Positions 41,244 to 50,747 of a DNA stretch of 64,000 nt are shown here, in pieces. The DNA comes from an uncultured Methylomirabilota bacterium (GTDB lineage Bacteria; Methylomirabilota; Methylomirabilia; Methylomirabilales; 2-02-FULL-66-22): assembly GCA_963845565.1 (NCBI GenBank), contig CAWJSJ010000002.1, positions 1,440,001-1,504,000 on the forward strand, written 5' to 3'. Made by a program: the position numbers and the translations under genes. The notes beneath the pieces are model-generated. The model did no database searches. It saw nothing but the letters and a program-made list of their open reading frames with translations, and had not been told where the DNA came from. The first letter of the stretch is position 1, and each line of letters starts with the position of its first letter.

Positions 41244-42377
41244 CTACCGCAACGCGCTGACCCCGCCCCCCTTCTTGCCGCGCTTGACCTCGGCCTCGAC
41301 CATGGCCTGGGTGACCATGGTGGTGTCGCCGGGGGTCTCCTGGACCAGGATGCCGTGGGCGGCGCCCCACTCCACCGCCTCCTCCAGCGGCTTGCCCTTG
41401 AGGATGGCGGAGATGATGGCCGATGCGAACGAGTCGCCGCCGCCGGTCCGATCGGCGATCTCGATGTTCCGTCGAATAACGGCCTGGTGCAGCTTGTCCT
41501 CGGCCACGTCGTACAGCACCGCGCCCCAGTCGATCCGGTCCGCCGAATGCGCGCCACGCAGCTGCGTTCCGATCAGCTTCAGATTCGGATAATCCTTGGC
41601 CACCTTGCGAAGCAGCGTGACGTAGCATTCCAGGAACTGTTCCATGCTGGCGTTGGACGGAACGTCCACCGTGTAGCCCAGGGCGTCGTCGAAGTCGCTC
41701 TGATTCCCGACCAGGAACTCGACGTGGGGGACGATCTTCCGGTTGATCTCGCGAGCACGCTCCTTGTTGGGCTCCACGTTGGCCCGGTAGTTGAGGTCGG
41801 TGGACCGGAGCGTGCCGTATTTTCCGGCGGCCTTCAAGTATTCGACGGCCGTCTCGGCTGTCTTCGCCGAGAGAAGGCTGTAAATGCCCCCGGTGTGGGC
41901 CCAGCGGGCACCCTCTTTTCCGAAGAGTGTGTCGAAATCATAATCGGCGGCCCCCACCTCGCGGACCGGGGTGTGCGCCCGGTAATACTCGGTCTTGGAC
42001 GGGACCACGCCCTTCCCCCGGAAGGTGGCGTTGATGCCGTTCATCAAGCCCCCCTTCTTGTCGGTGACGTACTTCCCCTCCTTGCCGCCCGGCTTGAACC
42101 AGATGACGTGACTGGTGTCGACGCCGGTTTCCCGGAACTGGCACTCGATGTTGCGACCGAAGCCGTCGTCCACCATCGCCGTGAGGACGGTGGAGCGCAT
42201 GCGGAAGCAGTACGCCATGCCCTCCGCCACGTTGACCTCGCCGCCGCCGTGCCAAATGCGGCAGGTCCGGGCGCGCTCGAAGGGGACGTCCACAGGGTCG
42301 AAGCGAATCATCACCTCACCCAGGGCCACCCCGTCCCACTTGCATTGTTCCGCAGGTTTGATGTTGAGTGTCGCCAT
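41244..42377 (-). CDS. kdgK: PfkB sugar kinase, 2-keto-3-deoxygluconate kinase-like
   Basis: LGEVMIR, GGGEVNVA, DLNYR, DRTGGGDSF. Confidence 0.88.
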   Translation of the reverse strand: MATLNIKPAEQCKWDGVALGEVMIRFDPVDVPFERARTCRIWHGGGEVNVAEGMAYCFRMRSTVLTAMVDDGFGRNIECQFRETGVDTSHVIWFKPGGKEGKYVTDKKGGLMNGINATFRGKGVVPSKTEYYRAHTPVREVGAADYDFDTLFGKEGARWAHTGGIYSLLSAKTAETAVEYLKAAGKYGTLRSTDLNYRANVEPNKERAREINRKIVPHVEFLVGNQSDFDDALGYTVDVPSNASMEQFLECYVTLLRKVAKDYPNLKLIGTQLRGAHSADRIDWGAVLYDVAEDKLHQAVIRRNIEIADRTGGGDSFASAIISAILKGKPLEEAVEWGAAHGILVQETPGDTTMVTQAMVEAEVKRGKKGGGVSALR

Positions 42378-42394
42378 GGCGCGCTGCTCCTTCC

Positions 42395-42500
42395 TGAGCC
42401 GTTGTCAAAGAATAACTTGACCAGAGATATTCCGAAACGGCACAAGGAGCCGTAACGAAATTACAACAAATGGCCTAGTTATTTCGTCACGGCTCCTAAG
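42395..42500. mobile_element. 106-bp MITE-like repeat (family B), copy 2, inside the kdgK leader
   Basis: Reverse complement aligns without gaps to 18016-18121. Confidence 0.7.
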
Positions 42501-42581
42501 AGTGTATGGACCCGATTCCGACAGCAGGAGGGCCGCCCCATCGCGTTCGTGGCGGCGGCGGCATCCCTTATAGCCGCGCGG

Positions 42582-42610
42582 AGTATATAAAGAACGATCC
42601 GACCTGTCAA
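42582..42610 (-). promoter_or_regulatory. sigma70-type promoter of the kdgK operon
   Basis: TTGACA-17bp-TATACT on the minus strand. Confidence 0.7.
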
Positions 42611-42672
42611 ACGAGGTCACCGGTCAGACATGGACCTGCGGATGATTGAACTTGCCGGTGCGTGGTTTGGTT

Positions 42673-42701
42673 TTGAAGTGGCCGGCCTGGGCAGGTATAA
42701 T
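42673..42701 (+). promoter_or_regulatory. sigma70-type promoter of the SDR gene
   Basis: TTGAAG-17bp-TATAAT. Confidence 0.65.
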
Positions 42702-42811
42702 CCCTCCCGTACAAACGGTGTAACCCTGCGAAGGGCTGAACGAAGATGCGCGGGCGGCCTCCGGCGGCCGACCTACCGGCGACCTCAAATCTCGCATCCA
42801 GCGGAGGTGTC

Positions 42812-43603
42812 ATGGATCTCGGACTCAAGGGCAAGGTTGCCATCGTGACGGCGTCCAGTCGCGGCATCGGCCGGGCGACAGCGGAAATTCTAGCGGCTGA
42901 GGGGGCTCGGATCACGATCTGCGCGCGCGCGGCGGCGGCCGTGGCGAGTGCGGCCGAGCAGATTCGGGGCCGCACCGGGGCCGAAGTGCTGGCGCTGGAG
43001 GCGGACCTCACCCGGGTCGAGGACATCGAGCGGGTTGTTGCCCGGACGGTCGAGGCGTACGGGACGGTGAACATCCTGGTCAACAACGCCGGGGGGCCGC
43101 CGGCGGGAACGTTCGACACGCTGGGCGATTCCGAATGGCAAGCCGGTTTCGAGCTCACGCTGCTCAGCGTCATCCGCATGACCCGCGCGGTGCTGCCTCA
43201 CATGCGCCGGGCGGGCGGCGGGGCGATCGTCAACTTGCAGTCCACATCGGTGAAGGCCCCGATAGACAATCTGATGCTCTCGAACGCGATCCGGACGGGG
43301 GTGATCGGTCTAGCAAAAAGCTTGTCCCTCGAGTTGGCCAAGGACGGTATTCGGGTGAACAATGTTCTGCCGGGAACAATCGTGACGGATCGGCTGCGGG
43401 ACATGCTTGCTCTCCAGTCGACTCGCTCCGGAAAGAGCGTGGAGGAGATCGTCCGCCTCAGGGAAGCCGCCATCCCGCTCGGCCGATTGGGGGAGCCCGA
43501 GGATCTGGGGAACATGATCGCCTTTCTGGCATCCGACCGGGCGCGGTACGTCACCGGGGTCACGGTGCAGGTGGACGGGGGTTTGGTGCGGAGCCTGATG
43601 TAG
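42812..43603 (+). CDS. SDR family oxidoreductase
   Basis: MDLGLKGK, TASSRGIG, NNAGGPP, VDGG. Confidence 0.92.
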   Translation: MDLGLKGKVAIVTASSRGIGRATAEILAAEGARITICARAAAAVASAAEQIRGRTGAEVLALEADLTRVEDIERVVARTVEAYGTVNILVNNAGGPPAGTFDTLGDSEWQAGFELTLLSVIRMTRAVLPHMRRAGGGAIVNLQSTSVKAPIDNLMLSNAIRTGVIGLAKSLSLELAKDGIRVNNVLPGTIVTDRLRDMLALQSTRSGKSVEEIVRLREAAIPLGRLGEPEDLGNMIAFLASDRARYVTGVTVQVDGGLVRSLM

Positions 43604-43701
43604 GGGTTTTGGTCTGGCTCGGACGTGGCCCGCAGTCCTTGCGTGGTATGGCGCCCGGAGTGCGGCAGGATTGTCCGGCTGTTGGTTCGGGTGGATCATC
43701 A

Positions 43702-44370
43702 ATGAGCGCCGTACTGCAGATTCCGATCTTTCCTTTGCCCGACGTGGTGCTGTTCCCGCACACGGTGCTCCCGCTGCACGTCTTCGAGCCCCGCTACCGG
43801 AAGATGGTCCAGGACTGCTTGGCGGGGGATAAACGGCTGGCCATGGGGCTCTTGAAGGCCGGCTGGGAGAAGGACTACTACGGACGGCCGCCGGTTCACG
43901 CCATCGCCGGCGCGGGAGAGATCATCCAACACGAGGAGCTTGCGGACGGACGCTTCAACATTCTGGTGCGGGGAACGACGCGTATCGGCGTCAGCGTTGA
44001 GCTTCCGCCGGACCTCCCGTACCGGGTCGTGCGCGCCCGGCCGCTGCCGGACAGGTATCCGGACGGAACGCCCGATGCGCTGGGGCTGCGAATCGACCGG
44101 CTGAAGGTCTTCTATCTCAGGATCCTGGCGGAGGTGCAGAAGGGGCAGGGCGAGATGGCGAAGATCTTCAGCGGCGTGAAAGACCCAGGCATCATCGTGG
44201 ATCGGATCGCCGGCGCCGTCATCGCGGAGACAGAGGTCCGACAGCAGATCCTGGAGAGCGTGGACGTCCCGACGCGGCTGTCTTTGGTGCAGGATCACCT
44301 GGTCGGGATACTGACCCGCCTGTCCGACCGGAACACCCGCAGCGAACGCGGCACCGGCCGCGACAACTGA
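43702..44370 (+). CDS. LON peptidase substrate-binding domain protein
   Basis: IPIFPL..VVLFP...LPLHVFEPRY. Confidence 0.9.
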   Translation: MSAVLQIPIFPLPDVVLFPHTVLPLHVFEPRYRKMVQDCLAGDKRLAMGLLKAGWEKDYYGRPPVHAIAGAGEIIQHEELADGRFNILVRGTTRIGVSVELPPDLPYRVVRARPLPDRYPDGTPDALGLRIDRLKVFYLRILAEVQKGQGEMAKIFSGVKDPGIIVDRIAGAVIAETEVRQQILESVDVPTRLSLVQDHLVGILTRLSDRNTRSERGTGRDN

Positions 44371-44457
44371 TCCGCCATCACCGCAGGCCGGATGCACCCT
44401 CCCTTTGCGCCGAGTCCGTTTCCCTTCCTTCTGGCCAAACGCCAATGTCGGGCACGT

Positions 44458-45258
44458 CTACAGATCCTTCACCCACTTGTGATCCGGGTCGTCGTAGAGG
44501 ATGTAATTCCGGGGTTCGCCGGCCAGGATCCAGAGGTAGTAGAGGGCGTAGCCCGGCGCCGCGACCACGGGGTGGAAACCGCAGGGGAGCTTCACCAGGC
44601 TGTTGTCCCGGATCACGAAGGTCTCATCCAACTTCTGCTCGGGACTGTACACCCGCTGGAAGCCAAAGCCCTGGGCGGGGTTGACCTTGAAGAAATAGAT
44701 CTCCTCCATCCGGGTCTCGTCGGGCGGCGCGTTCCGGTCGTGCTTGTGCGGGGGATAGCTGGACCACTTGCCCGGGCCGTTGAAGGTCTCGCCGACCAGA
44801 AGACGCTTGGACGGAAAGTTCGCGTCGATGATGTCGTGGATTTGCCGCTCGCAGGCGTCCGTTCCGCGGGTAGAGACCTTCACCTTCTCGGGGCCGATGA
44901 GGCGGGGTTCGCCGGGCAGGTCGCTGGGTGACTTGGCGAGGATCGCCTCGACGGCGCCAACCGCTTCCACTTTGAACTTGAATCCCGGCGGGATGTGGAC
45001 CGTGGTCGCTCGCCCCGCAAAGACGTTGGCCCGGCCGCCGATGGAGATGAACTCGGTCTCGCCGACGGTCACGTTGGCCAGACCCCCTAGCAGGACGATC
45101 ACCACTTCACAGCTCTCGCTGGCGCTCCGATAGACGCCGCCGGCGGGCAGCCTCAGGACACCCTCTTCGAGAAACTCGATTCCGTCTTTGCCGGGCTTGA
45201 CCAAAGGCACGTACCCGTCCTTCGGTGTATATTGCTTGAACAGATTCATCGGCGGCAT
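44458..45258 (-). CDS. iolB: 5-deoxy-glucuronate isomerase (KduI/IolB)
   Basis: WSSYPPHKHD, EEIYFF, GFHPV, YYLW. Confidence 0.92.
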   Translation of the reverse strand: MPPMNLFKQYTPKDGYVPLVKPGKDGIEFLEEGVLRLPAGGVYRSASESCEVVIVLLGGLANVTVGETEFISIGGRANVFAGRATTVHIPPGFKFKVEAVGAVEAILAKSPSDLPGEPRLIGPEKVKVSTRGTDACERQIHDIIDANFPSKRLLVGETFNGPGKWSSYPPHKHDRNAPPDETRMEEIYFFKVNPAQGFGFQRVYSPEQKLDETFVIRDNSLVKLPCGFHPVVAAPGYALYYLWILAGEPRNYILYDDPDHKWVKDL

Positions 45259-45353
45259 TCCTTTCTGCGATCTGCGAGAGTAGCGAATACGTCAAAACGG
45301 TCAGCGTACGGTGCGCGCTCCCGTGTCTGCGTCGGCCGAAGCCGACAGCCGGA

Positions 45354-45382
45354 AACGTACCATCGGCCATGATGGCTGTCAA
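45354..45382 (-). promoter_or_regulatory. sigma70-type promoter for iolB
   Basis: TTGACA-17bp-TACGTT; spacer contains CCATC...GATGG inverted repeat. Confidence 0.5.
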
Positions 45383-45615
45383 TCGGCGCGCGACCGGCGT
45401 TGGAGGGTGTCATTGGGACGGATGGCGGCAATGCCGCCGCGCCGCTCTTGGCTTCTGGGTCAACCCCCCGTGCGGCCGAGCACGTGGTGCCCAGGCCTTC
45501 GAGCGACCCGGCGCATCTGCCAGCGCATCTGCCGTTGCTCCCTGGCGGATAGCAGGGTATGTTTGACGCCAGGACACCCCTCCTGACGGCGGGTCACTCG
45601 CAATGGGGACGGACC

Positions 45616-46014
45616 ATGGGGGAGACCGCGGCAACGAGCGAGCCGGTCGCGACCATCATCGCGTGCTTCAAAGTCTGCACGCTGTGCGGAGAGACCTGGA
45701 AGAGCCGAGAGGCCTTCCTGGCCGATCCTTGCGTGCGGGTCATCGGATATCAGCCGTATTTTCAGGATCTCGAAGCCGGCGTGTTCCTGTTTAATCACGA
45801 CGCTTGCCGCACGACCCTGGCAATTGACGCGTCCCGCTTCACCGACCTGTACCGCGGACCGATGTTCATGGCACGCAAGACGGGGACCGAGGACTGTCCG
45901 GGTTACTGTTTGCGCACGAGCGAAGTCCGTCCCTGCCCGGCGGAGTGCGAATGCGCCTACGTCAGGGATGTCCTCGACATGGTCGCACGCTGGGAGAAGG
46001 TACCGCCACGCTGA
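45616..46014 (+). CDS. Cys-rich hypothetical protein
   Basis: CTLC, HDAC, CPGYC, CPAECEC motifs. Confidence 0.7.
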   Translation: MGETAATSEPVATIIACFKVCTLCGETWKSREAFLADPCVRVIGYQPYFQDLEAGVFLFNHDACRTTLAIDASRFTDLYRGPMFMARKTGTEDCPGYCLRTSEVRPCPAECECAYVRDVLDMVARWEKVPPR

Positions 46015-46099
46015 CTGGCAACCAGTGGCGGCGCCCATTCCCGGACGGCCCTCGGAAACGATCGAGGGCTTTCGGTGTCTTTAGGGAAGGGAAAAGCCC

Positions 46100-47608
46100 A
46101 TGGCAACGGACAAATTGGAAACGCGACCAACAACCCTTGGGGATCTCAGGCAGAGTCGCTGGGATGGAGCGCGGGTGGCCCAGCGATCGGTTCGCGAGGA
46201 AATGCGGGAGAACCTGCTGGAGAAGCTTGCCCGGAAGGACGCACTCTTCCCGGGCGTCATCGGATACGAGGAGACGGTGATTCCGCAGCTCGTGAACGCT
46301 ATCCTGTCCCGGCACCACATCATCTTGCTGGGATTGCGGGGGCAGGCGAAGAGCCGAATCCTGCGGAGCCTGGTGGGCCTCTTGGACGACGAAATTCCCG
46401 TAATCGCCGGCTGCGAGATCAACGACAACCCCTACGCGCCCCTCTGCCGCGCCTGTCGGGATCGTCTCGCCGAGCAGGGGGACCGGACCGCCATCGCGTG
46501 GCTGCCCCGGGAGTTGCGCTACGTGGAGAAGCTGGCGACCCCGGACGTCACCATCGCGGACATCATCGGAGACGTGGATCCCATCCGGGCGGCGCGGGGC
46601 GGTTTGGACCTCTCCAACGAGCTGACCATCCACTACGGCCTGCTCCCCCGGGCGAACCGGGGGATCTTCGCCATGAACGAACTGCCCGACCTGGCCGGGA
46701 AGATCCAGGTGGGCCTCTTCAACATCATGCAGGAAGGCGACGTCCAGATCAAAGGCTACCCGGTCCGGCTGAAGCTGGACGTGGCCCTGGTCTTCTCCGC
46801 CAACCCCGAGGACTACACGGCCCGGGGGAAGATCATCACGCCACTCAAGGACCGCATCGGCTCCGAGATCCGAACGCATTACCCGGCGGAGGTGGCGCAG
46901 GGGATGGCGATCACGGCGCAGGAGGCGTGGATCCGACGGCACCCGGACGGCCGACTCCTGATCCCGGACTTCATCCAGGAGGTAGTGGAGCAGATCGCCT
47001 TCACCGCCCGGGAGAGCAAACACATTGACCGGCGATCCGGCGTCAGCCAGCGGTTGCCGATCTCATGCCTGGAGAACGTGGTGAGCAGCGCGGAGCGGCG
47101 GGCGGTCCTGGGCGGCGAGCGGACCATCGTCCCGCGCCCTTCGGACGTGTACGCCGCCATGCCGTCCATCACCGGCAAGCTGGAGCTGGAGTACGAAGGC
47201 GAGCTGAAGGGGGGCGACGTCATCGCCACGGCCCTGATCAAGGAGGCACTCGGACGCGTGTTCGCTGCCCGGGTGGGCGGCACCCCGATCCGGGAGACCG
47301 TGCACTGGTTCGACCAGGGGGGCGCCGTCAAGGTGGCCGACACGACGCCGACGGCCGAGGCCCTTCGGTATTTCCAGAAGGTGCCCGGTCTCGTGGATGC
47401 CACGGTGATTCTGGGGGTGCCCGAAAACGCGGACCCGGCCCTCACGGTGTCCGCCTGCGAGTTCATCCTGGAGGGTCTCCACGTCCAACAGAAGATCGAC
47501 CGGACAGAGCAGCGGGGGTACACGGGAAGTCCAAGGGCAGAGCGGAAGACTCCGCGCGAGGAGCAGCAAAACCTCCCGGCGGGGGCCAAGCGAAGGCACT
47601 TCAACTGA
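46100..47608 (+). CDS. AAA+ ATPase (magnesium chelatase/MoxR-related)
   Basis: GLRGQAKS, NELPDL, ANPEDYT, DRIGSEIRTHYP. Confidence 0.9.
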   Translation: MATDKLETRPTTLGDLRQSRWDGARVAQRSVREEMRENLLEKLARKDALFPGVIGYEETVIPQLVNAILSRHHIILLGLRGQAKSRILRSLVGLLDDEIPVIAGCEINDNPYAPLCRACRDRLAEQGDRTAIAWLPRELRYVEKLATPDVTIADIIGDVDPIRAARGGLDLSNELTIHYGLLPRANRGIFAMNELPDLAGKIQVGLFNIMQEGDVQIKGYPVRLKLDVALVFSANPEDYTARGKIITPLKDRIGSEIRTHYPAEVAQGMAITAQEAWIRRHPDGRLLIPDFIQEVVEQIAFTARESKHIDRRSGVSQRLPISCLENVVSSAERRAVLGGERTIVPRPSDVYAAMPSITGKLELEYEGELKGGDVIATALIKEALGRVFAARVGGTPIRETVHWFDQGGAVKVADTTPTAEALRYFQKVPGLVDATVILGVPENADPALTVSACEFILEGLHVQQKIDRTEQRGYTGSPRAERKTPREEQQNLPAGAKRRHFN

Positions 47609-47620
47609 GCGCCAGTGGAA

Positions 47621-47700
47621 GTCACCTGGTCAACTGGTCAATTAGCCGAAGCGGGCGAGCCCTTCCAAATTGACCAATCGACGAGGCGACCAATCGACGG
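47621..47700. repeat. 8-bp tandem repeat with inverted arm (same type as 1821-1973)
   Basis: gtcacctg gtcaactg gtcaatta ... ttgaccaa tcgacgag gcgaccaa tcgacgg. Confidence 0.72.
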
Positions 47701-47723
47701 CCTGAGCCGCAAGGGGCCGGCAG

Positions 47724-48983
47724 ATGCCGATCACGCGGTATAGCCAGTACACGGGAAAGTGGTGGGACAGCCTGAGCCTGGAGGATTTGTTCGGCGAACT
47801 GGGCGATCATCTCCTTCAGAGCGGCTTCCAGAATCGGTTCATGGACGAATACCTCGATGGAGCGGAGCGAGGGCAGGACCTGCAGGACCTCTACCGAGCG
47901 ATCCTGGAGGCCCTGGCGAGCGGCGGGCAGGTCCGTTACGAGGACATCGAGGACTGGCTGGAGGGGGAAGAGAGCGAAGGGAAAAAGCAGCTGGATCAGG
48001 TGTTGAAGGCGCTCCTGGAACGGATGCTGGAAAAGGGCTACATCACGCTGCCGGGGCAGGAAGCAGACGAGACGCGGCTGAAGCCGCATGGCTACGCCTC
48101 CGGCGCCGAGAGCGGGTCCGTCAGGTTCGAGCTGACCAACAAGGCTACCGATTTCCTCGGTTATCGCACCCTGCGAGATCTCTTGTCCTCGCTGGGCCGG
48201 AGCAGCGTGGGGCGCCACGACACGCAGGAGCTGTCCACGGGGGTCGAGGCTTCCGAGGCGCCCAAGCCCTACGAGTTCGGCGATACCCTGAACCTGGACA
48301 TTCCCGGCACGTTGCTCCGCGCGGTCCGACGCGAGGGGCTGACCAGTCCGCTCTTGCTGGACTACGACGACCTCCTGGTGCATCAGGCGGAATACCAGAG
48401 TTCGTGCGCTACCGTTCTCATGCTGGATTGCAGCCATAGCATGATCCTGTACGGCGAGGACCGGTTCACGCCGGCCAAACGCGTGGCGCTGGCGCTGGCG
48501 CACCTGATCCGGACGCAATATCCGGGGGACACGCTCAATGTGGTTTTGTTCCACGACAGCGCCGAGGAGGTTCCCATCGGACAGCTTGCCCGGGTCACGG
48601 TCGGGCCGTATCATACCAACACCCAGGAAGGGCTGAGACTGGCCCGGCGTATCCTTTCCCGGCAGCGCAAAGACATGCGGCAGATCATCATGATCACCGA
48701 CGGGAAGCCGTCGGCCATGACGATGCCGGACGGGGATATTTACAAGAACTCCATGGGGCTCGACCCCTGGATTCTGAAGGAGACGTTCCGGGAGGTGACC
48801 GAATGCCGTCGATCGGGCATCCTGATCAATACGTTCATGCTGGCCCGGGACTACGACCTGGTCGCCTTTGTCCAGAAGGTGTCTGAGATCTGCCGGGGCA
48901 AAGCCTACTTCACCACGCCGATGACGCTTGGCCGCTATCTGTTGATGGACTTCATGACCAAGCGGGTGCGAACGGTGCATTGA
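47724..48983 (+). CDS. VWA domain-containing protein
   Basis: MIDAS DCSHS, TNT, ITDG; partner of the upstream AAA ATPase. Confidence 0.9.
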   Translation: MPITRYSQYTGKWWDSLSLEDLFGELGDHLLQSGFQNRFMDEYLDGAERGQDLQDLYRAILEALASGGQVRYEDIEDWLEGEESEGKKQLDQVLKALLERMLEKGYITLPGQEADETRLKPHGYASGAESGSVRFELTNKATDFLGYRTLRDLLSSLGRSSVGRHDTQELSTGVEASEAPKPYEFGDTLNLDIPGTLLRAVRREGLTSPLLLDYDDLLVHQAEYQSSCATVLMLDCSHSMILYGEDRFTPAKRVALALAHLIRTQYPGDTLNVVLFHDSAEEVPIGQLARVTVGPYHTNTQEGLRLARRILSRQRKDMRQIIMITDGKPSAMTMPDGDIYKNSMGLDPWILKETFREVTECRRSGILINTFMLARDYDLVAFVQKVSEICRGKAYFTTPMTLGRYLLMDFMTKRVRTVH

Positions 48984-49009
48984 GGAGAGCCGACAGCGGA
49001 CAGGGCAGG

Positions 49010-49129
49010 GCGTTGGCAGCTCGGGCGCTCGGCAGCGAACCTGGAGGACGCGCTCGCGCGGCCATTGCCCTCAGTCGGCATCCGGACCTTTTTGAGCAGC
49101 CTGGGAGCGGGTCTTCCGCATCCTGCTCA
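49010..49129. mobile_element. Degenerate family A MITE copy
   Basis: gcatccggacctttttgagcagcctggg...gcatcctgct matches the right end of copy 1. Confidence 0.6.
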
Positions 49130-49177
49130 GCCCAGAGCCGACGACCGAGGCTGGAGCCGAAAGCCGAGAGCGACGCG

Positions 49178-50638
49178 ATGACGCACGAGATGCAGGCAGC
49201 GGAGACGTTCTTTCTGGAGAAGTACGGTCTAACCGAGCAGACGCTGGAGCGGACGCTGGGGACGGTGCTCGGGAAGCGTGTGGACTATGCGGATCTCTAC
49301 TTCGAGTACCGGGTGAACGAGGAGATCGGTCTCGAGGAGGGGATCGTCAAGCAGGCTGCCAAGAGCGTCAGCCAGGGCGTGGGGGTGCGAGCCACAGCCG
49401 ACGAGAAGACCGGCTTTGCGTACTCGGACGAGATCACGGTGTCCGCGCTGCAGATCGCGGCGGAGCGCTCACGGTACATCGCCGCCGAGACGGGGGAGTC
49501 CGGCAGTGTGGCGGTGGCGGCGAGCCGGAATGCCTCTCGCGATCTGTACCCCGTCGGGACGCCTCCGACGGATGTGCCGATCCAGGCGAAGATTGATCTG
49601 CTGGGCGAGATCGATCGGATCGCCCGGGCCTGCGATCCCCGGATCACGAAGGTGATGGCCACGGTCGCAAGCGAGAATCGGCTGGTCCTGGTGGCGACGT
49701 CGGAGGGTCGGGTTGTGGGGGATGTCCGTCCGCTATGTCGCCTGCAGGTAACCTGCATCGCGGAAGATTCCCGCGGGGCGACGCCGATCCGGCAGATGGG
49801 CACGTTCGGCGGCGGCGGACGGGCGGAGTATGCGTTCCTCCTCGAAGGGGACCGGTTCGCCCGTTTTGCCCGCGAGGCCGCCCGGCAGGCCATCGTCAAT
49901 CTGGAAGCCGAAGAGGCCCCAGCCGGCACGATGGACGTGGTCTTGGGGCCGGGCTGGCCCGGCATCCTCCTTCACGAGGCGGTGGGCCACGGACTGGAGG
50001 GCGATTTTAACCGGAAGGGGACGTCCGCCTTCAGCGGGCGGCTGGGCGAACGGGTCGCCGCAACTCTCTGCACGGTGGTGGATGATGGAACGATCCCGGG
50101 GCGGCGCGGCTCGCTCAACATTGACGACGAGGGGACGCCGACGCAGCGGAACGTGCTGATCGAGAACGGGATTCTGACCGGTTACCTGCAGGATCGGCTG
50201 AACGCTCGCCTCATGGGAACGGCCCCGACGGGCAACGGCCGCCGGGAAAGCTATGCCCATCATCCCATGCCGCGGATGACCAACACCTTCATGCTGGCGG
50301 GGCCGCACGCCCACGAGGAGATCCTTCGGTCCGTGCGGCGCGGACTGTATGCCGTCTCGTTCGGCGGCGGGCAGGTCGATATCACCAGCGGGAAGTTCGT
50401 GTTCTCGGCCAGCGAGGCCTATCTCATCGAGGACGGCAAGCCGACCCGGCCGGTCAAGGGGGCGACCCTCATCGGCAACGGGCCGGACGTCCTGACACGG
50501 GTCAGCATGGTGGGAAACGATCTGGCGCTGGACGAGGGGATCGGGACCTGCGGCAAGGATGGGCAGTCCGTGCCGGTCGGGGTCGGGCTGCCGACGATTC
50601 TGATCAACGGGATCACGGTGGGCGGGACGAAAGGATAA
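49178..50638 (+). CDS. tldD: Metalloprotease TldD
   Basis: LLHEAVGHGLEGD, PMPRMTNT, GTCGK.GQ.VPV. Confidence 0.95.
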   Translation: MTHEMQAAETFFLEKYGLTEQTLERTLGTVLGKRVDYADLYFEYRVNEEIGLEEGIVKQAAKSVSQGVGVRATADEKTGFAYSDEITVSALQIAAERSRYIAAETGESGSVAVAASRNASRDLYPVGTPPTDVPIQAKIDLLGEIDRIARACDPRITKVMATVASENRLVLVATSEGRVVGDVRPLCRLQVTCIAEDSRGATPIRQMGTFGGGGRAEYAFLLEGDRFARFAREAARQAIVNLEAEEAPAGTMDVVLGPGWPGILLHEAVGHGLEGDFNRKGTSAFSGRLGERVAATLCTVVDDGTIPGRRGSLNIDDEGTPTQRNVLIENGILTGYLQDRLNARLMGTAPTGNGRRESYAHHPMPRMTNTFMLAGPHAHEEILRSVRRGLYAVSFGGGQVDITSGKFVFSASEAYLIEDGKPTRPVKGATLIGNGPDVLTRVSMVGNDLALDEGIGTCGKDGQSVPVGVGLPTILINGITVGGTKG

Positions 50639-50641
50639 CTG

Positions 50642-50724
50642 AACCACAGATTACACAGATTTCGCAGATTCCTTTCGAAGGGGTCCGGTCTTGGAAATCC
50701 GAGCGAATCTGCGTGAATCTGCGG
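50642..50724. repeat. 9-10-bp tandem repeat with inverted arm (CAGATT / AATCTG core)
   Basis: aaccacaga ttacacaga tttcgcaga tt ... aatccgagcg aatctgcgtg aatctgcgg. Confidence 0.8.
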
Positions 50725-50747
50725 ATATGTGAGAGGTGCTGATCCCT

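Noticed and set aside
42560..42600. ModE operator (TATA...TATATA)
   Set aside because: Poor match, far from modABC, and better explained as the kdgK -10 box
48980..49177. N-terminal extension of TldD in the ORF track
   Set aside because: It is read-through across a degenerate MITE; homology starts near ATG 49178/49190
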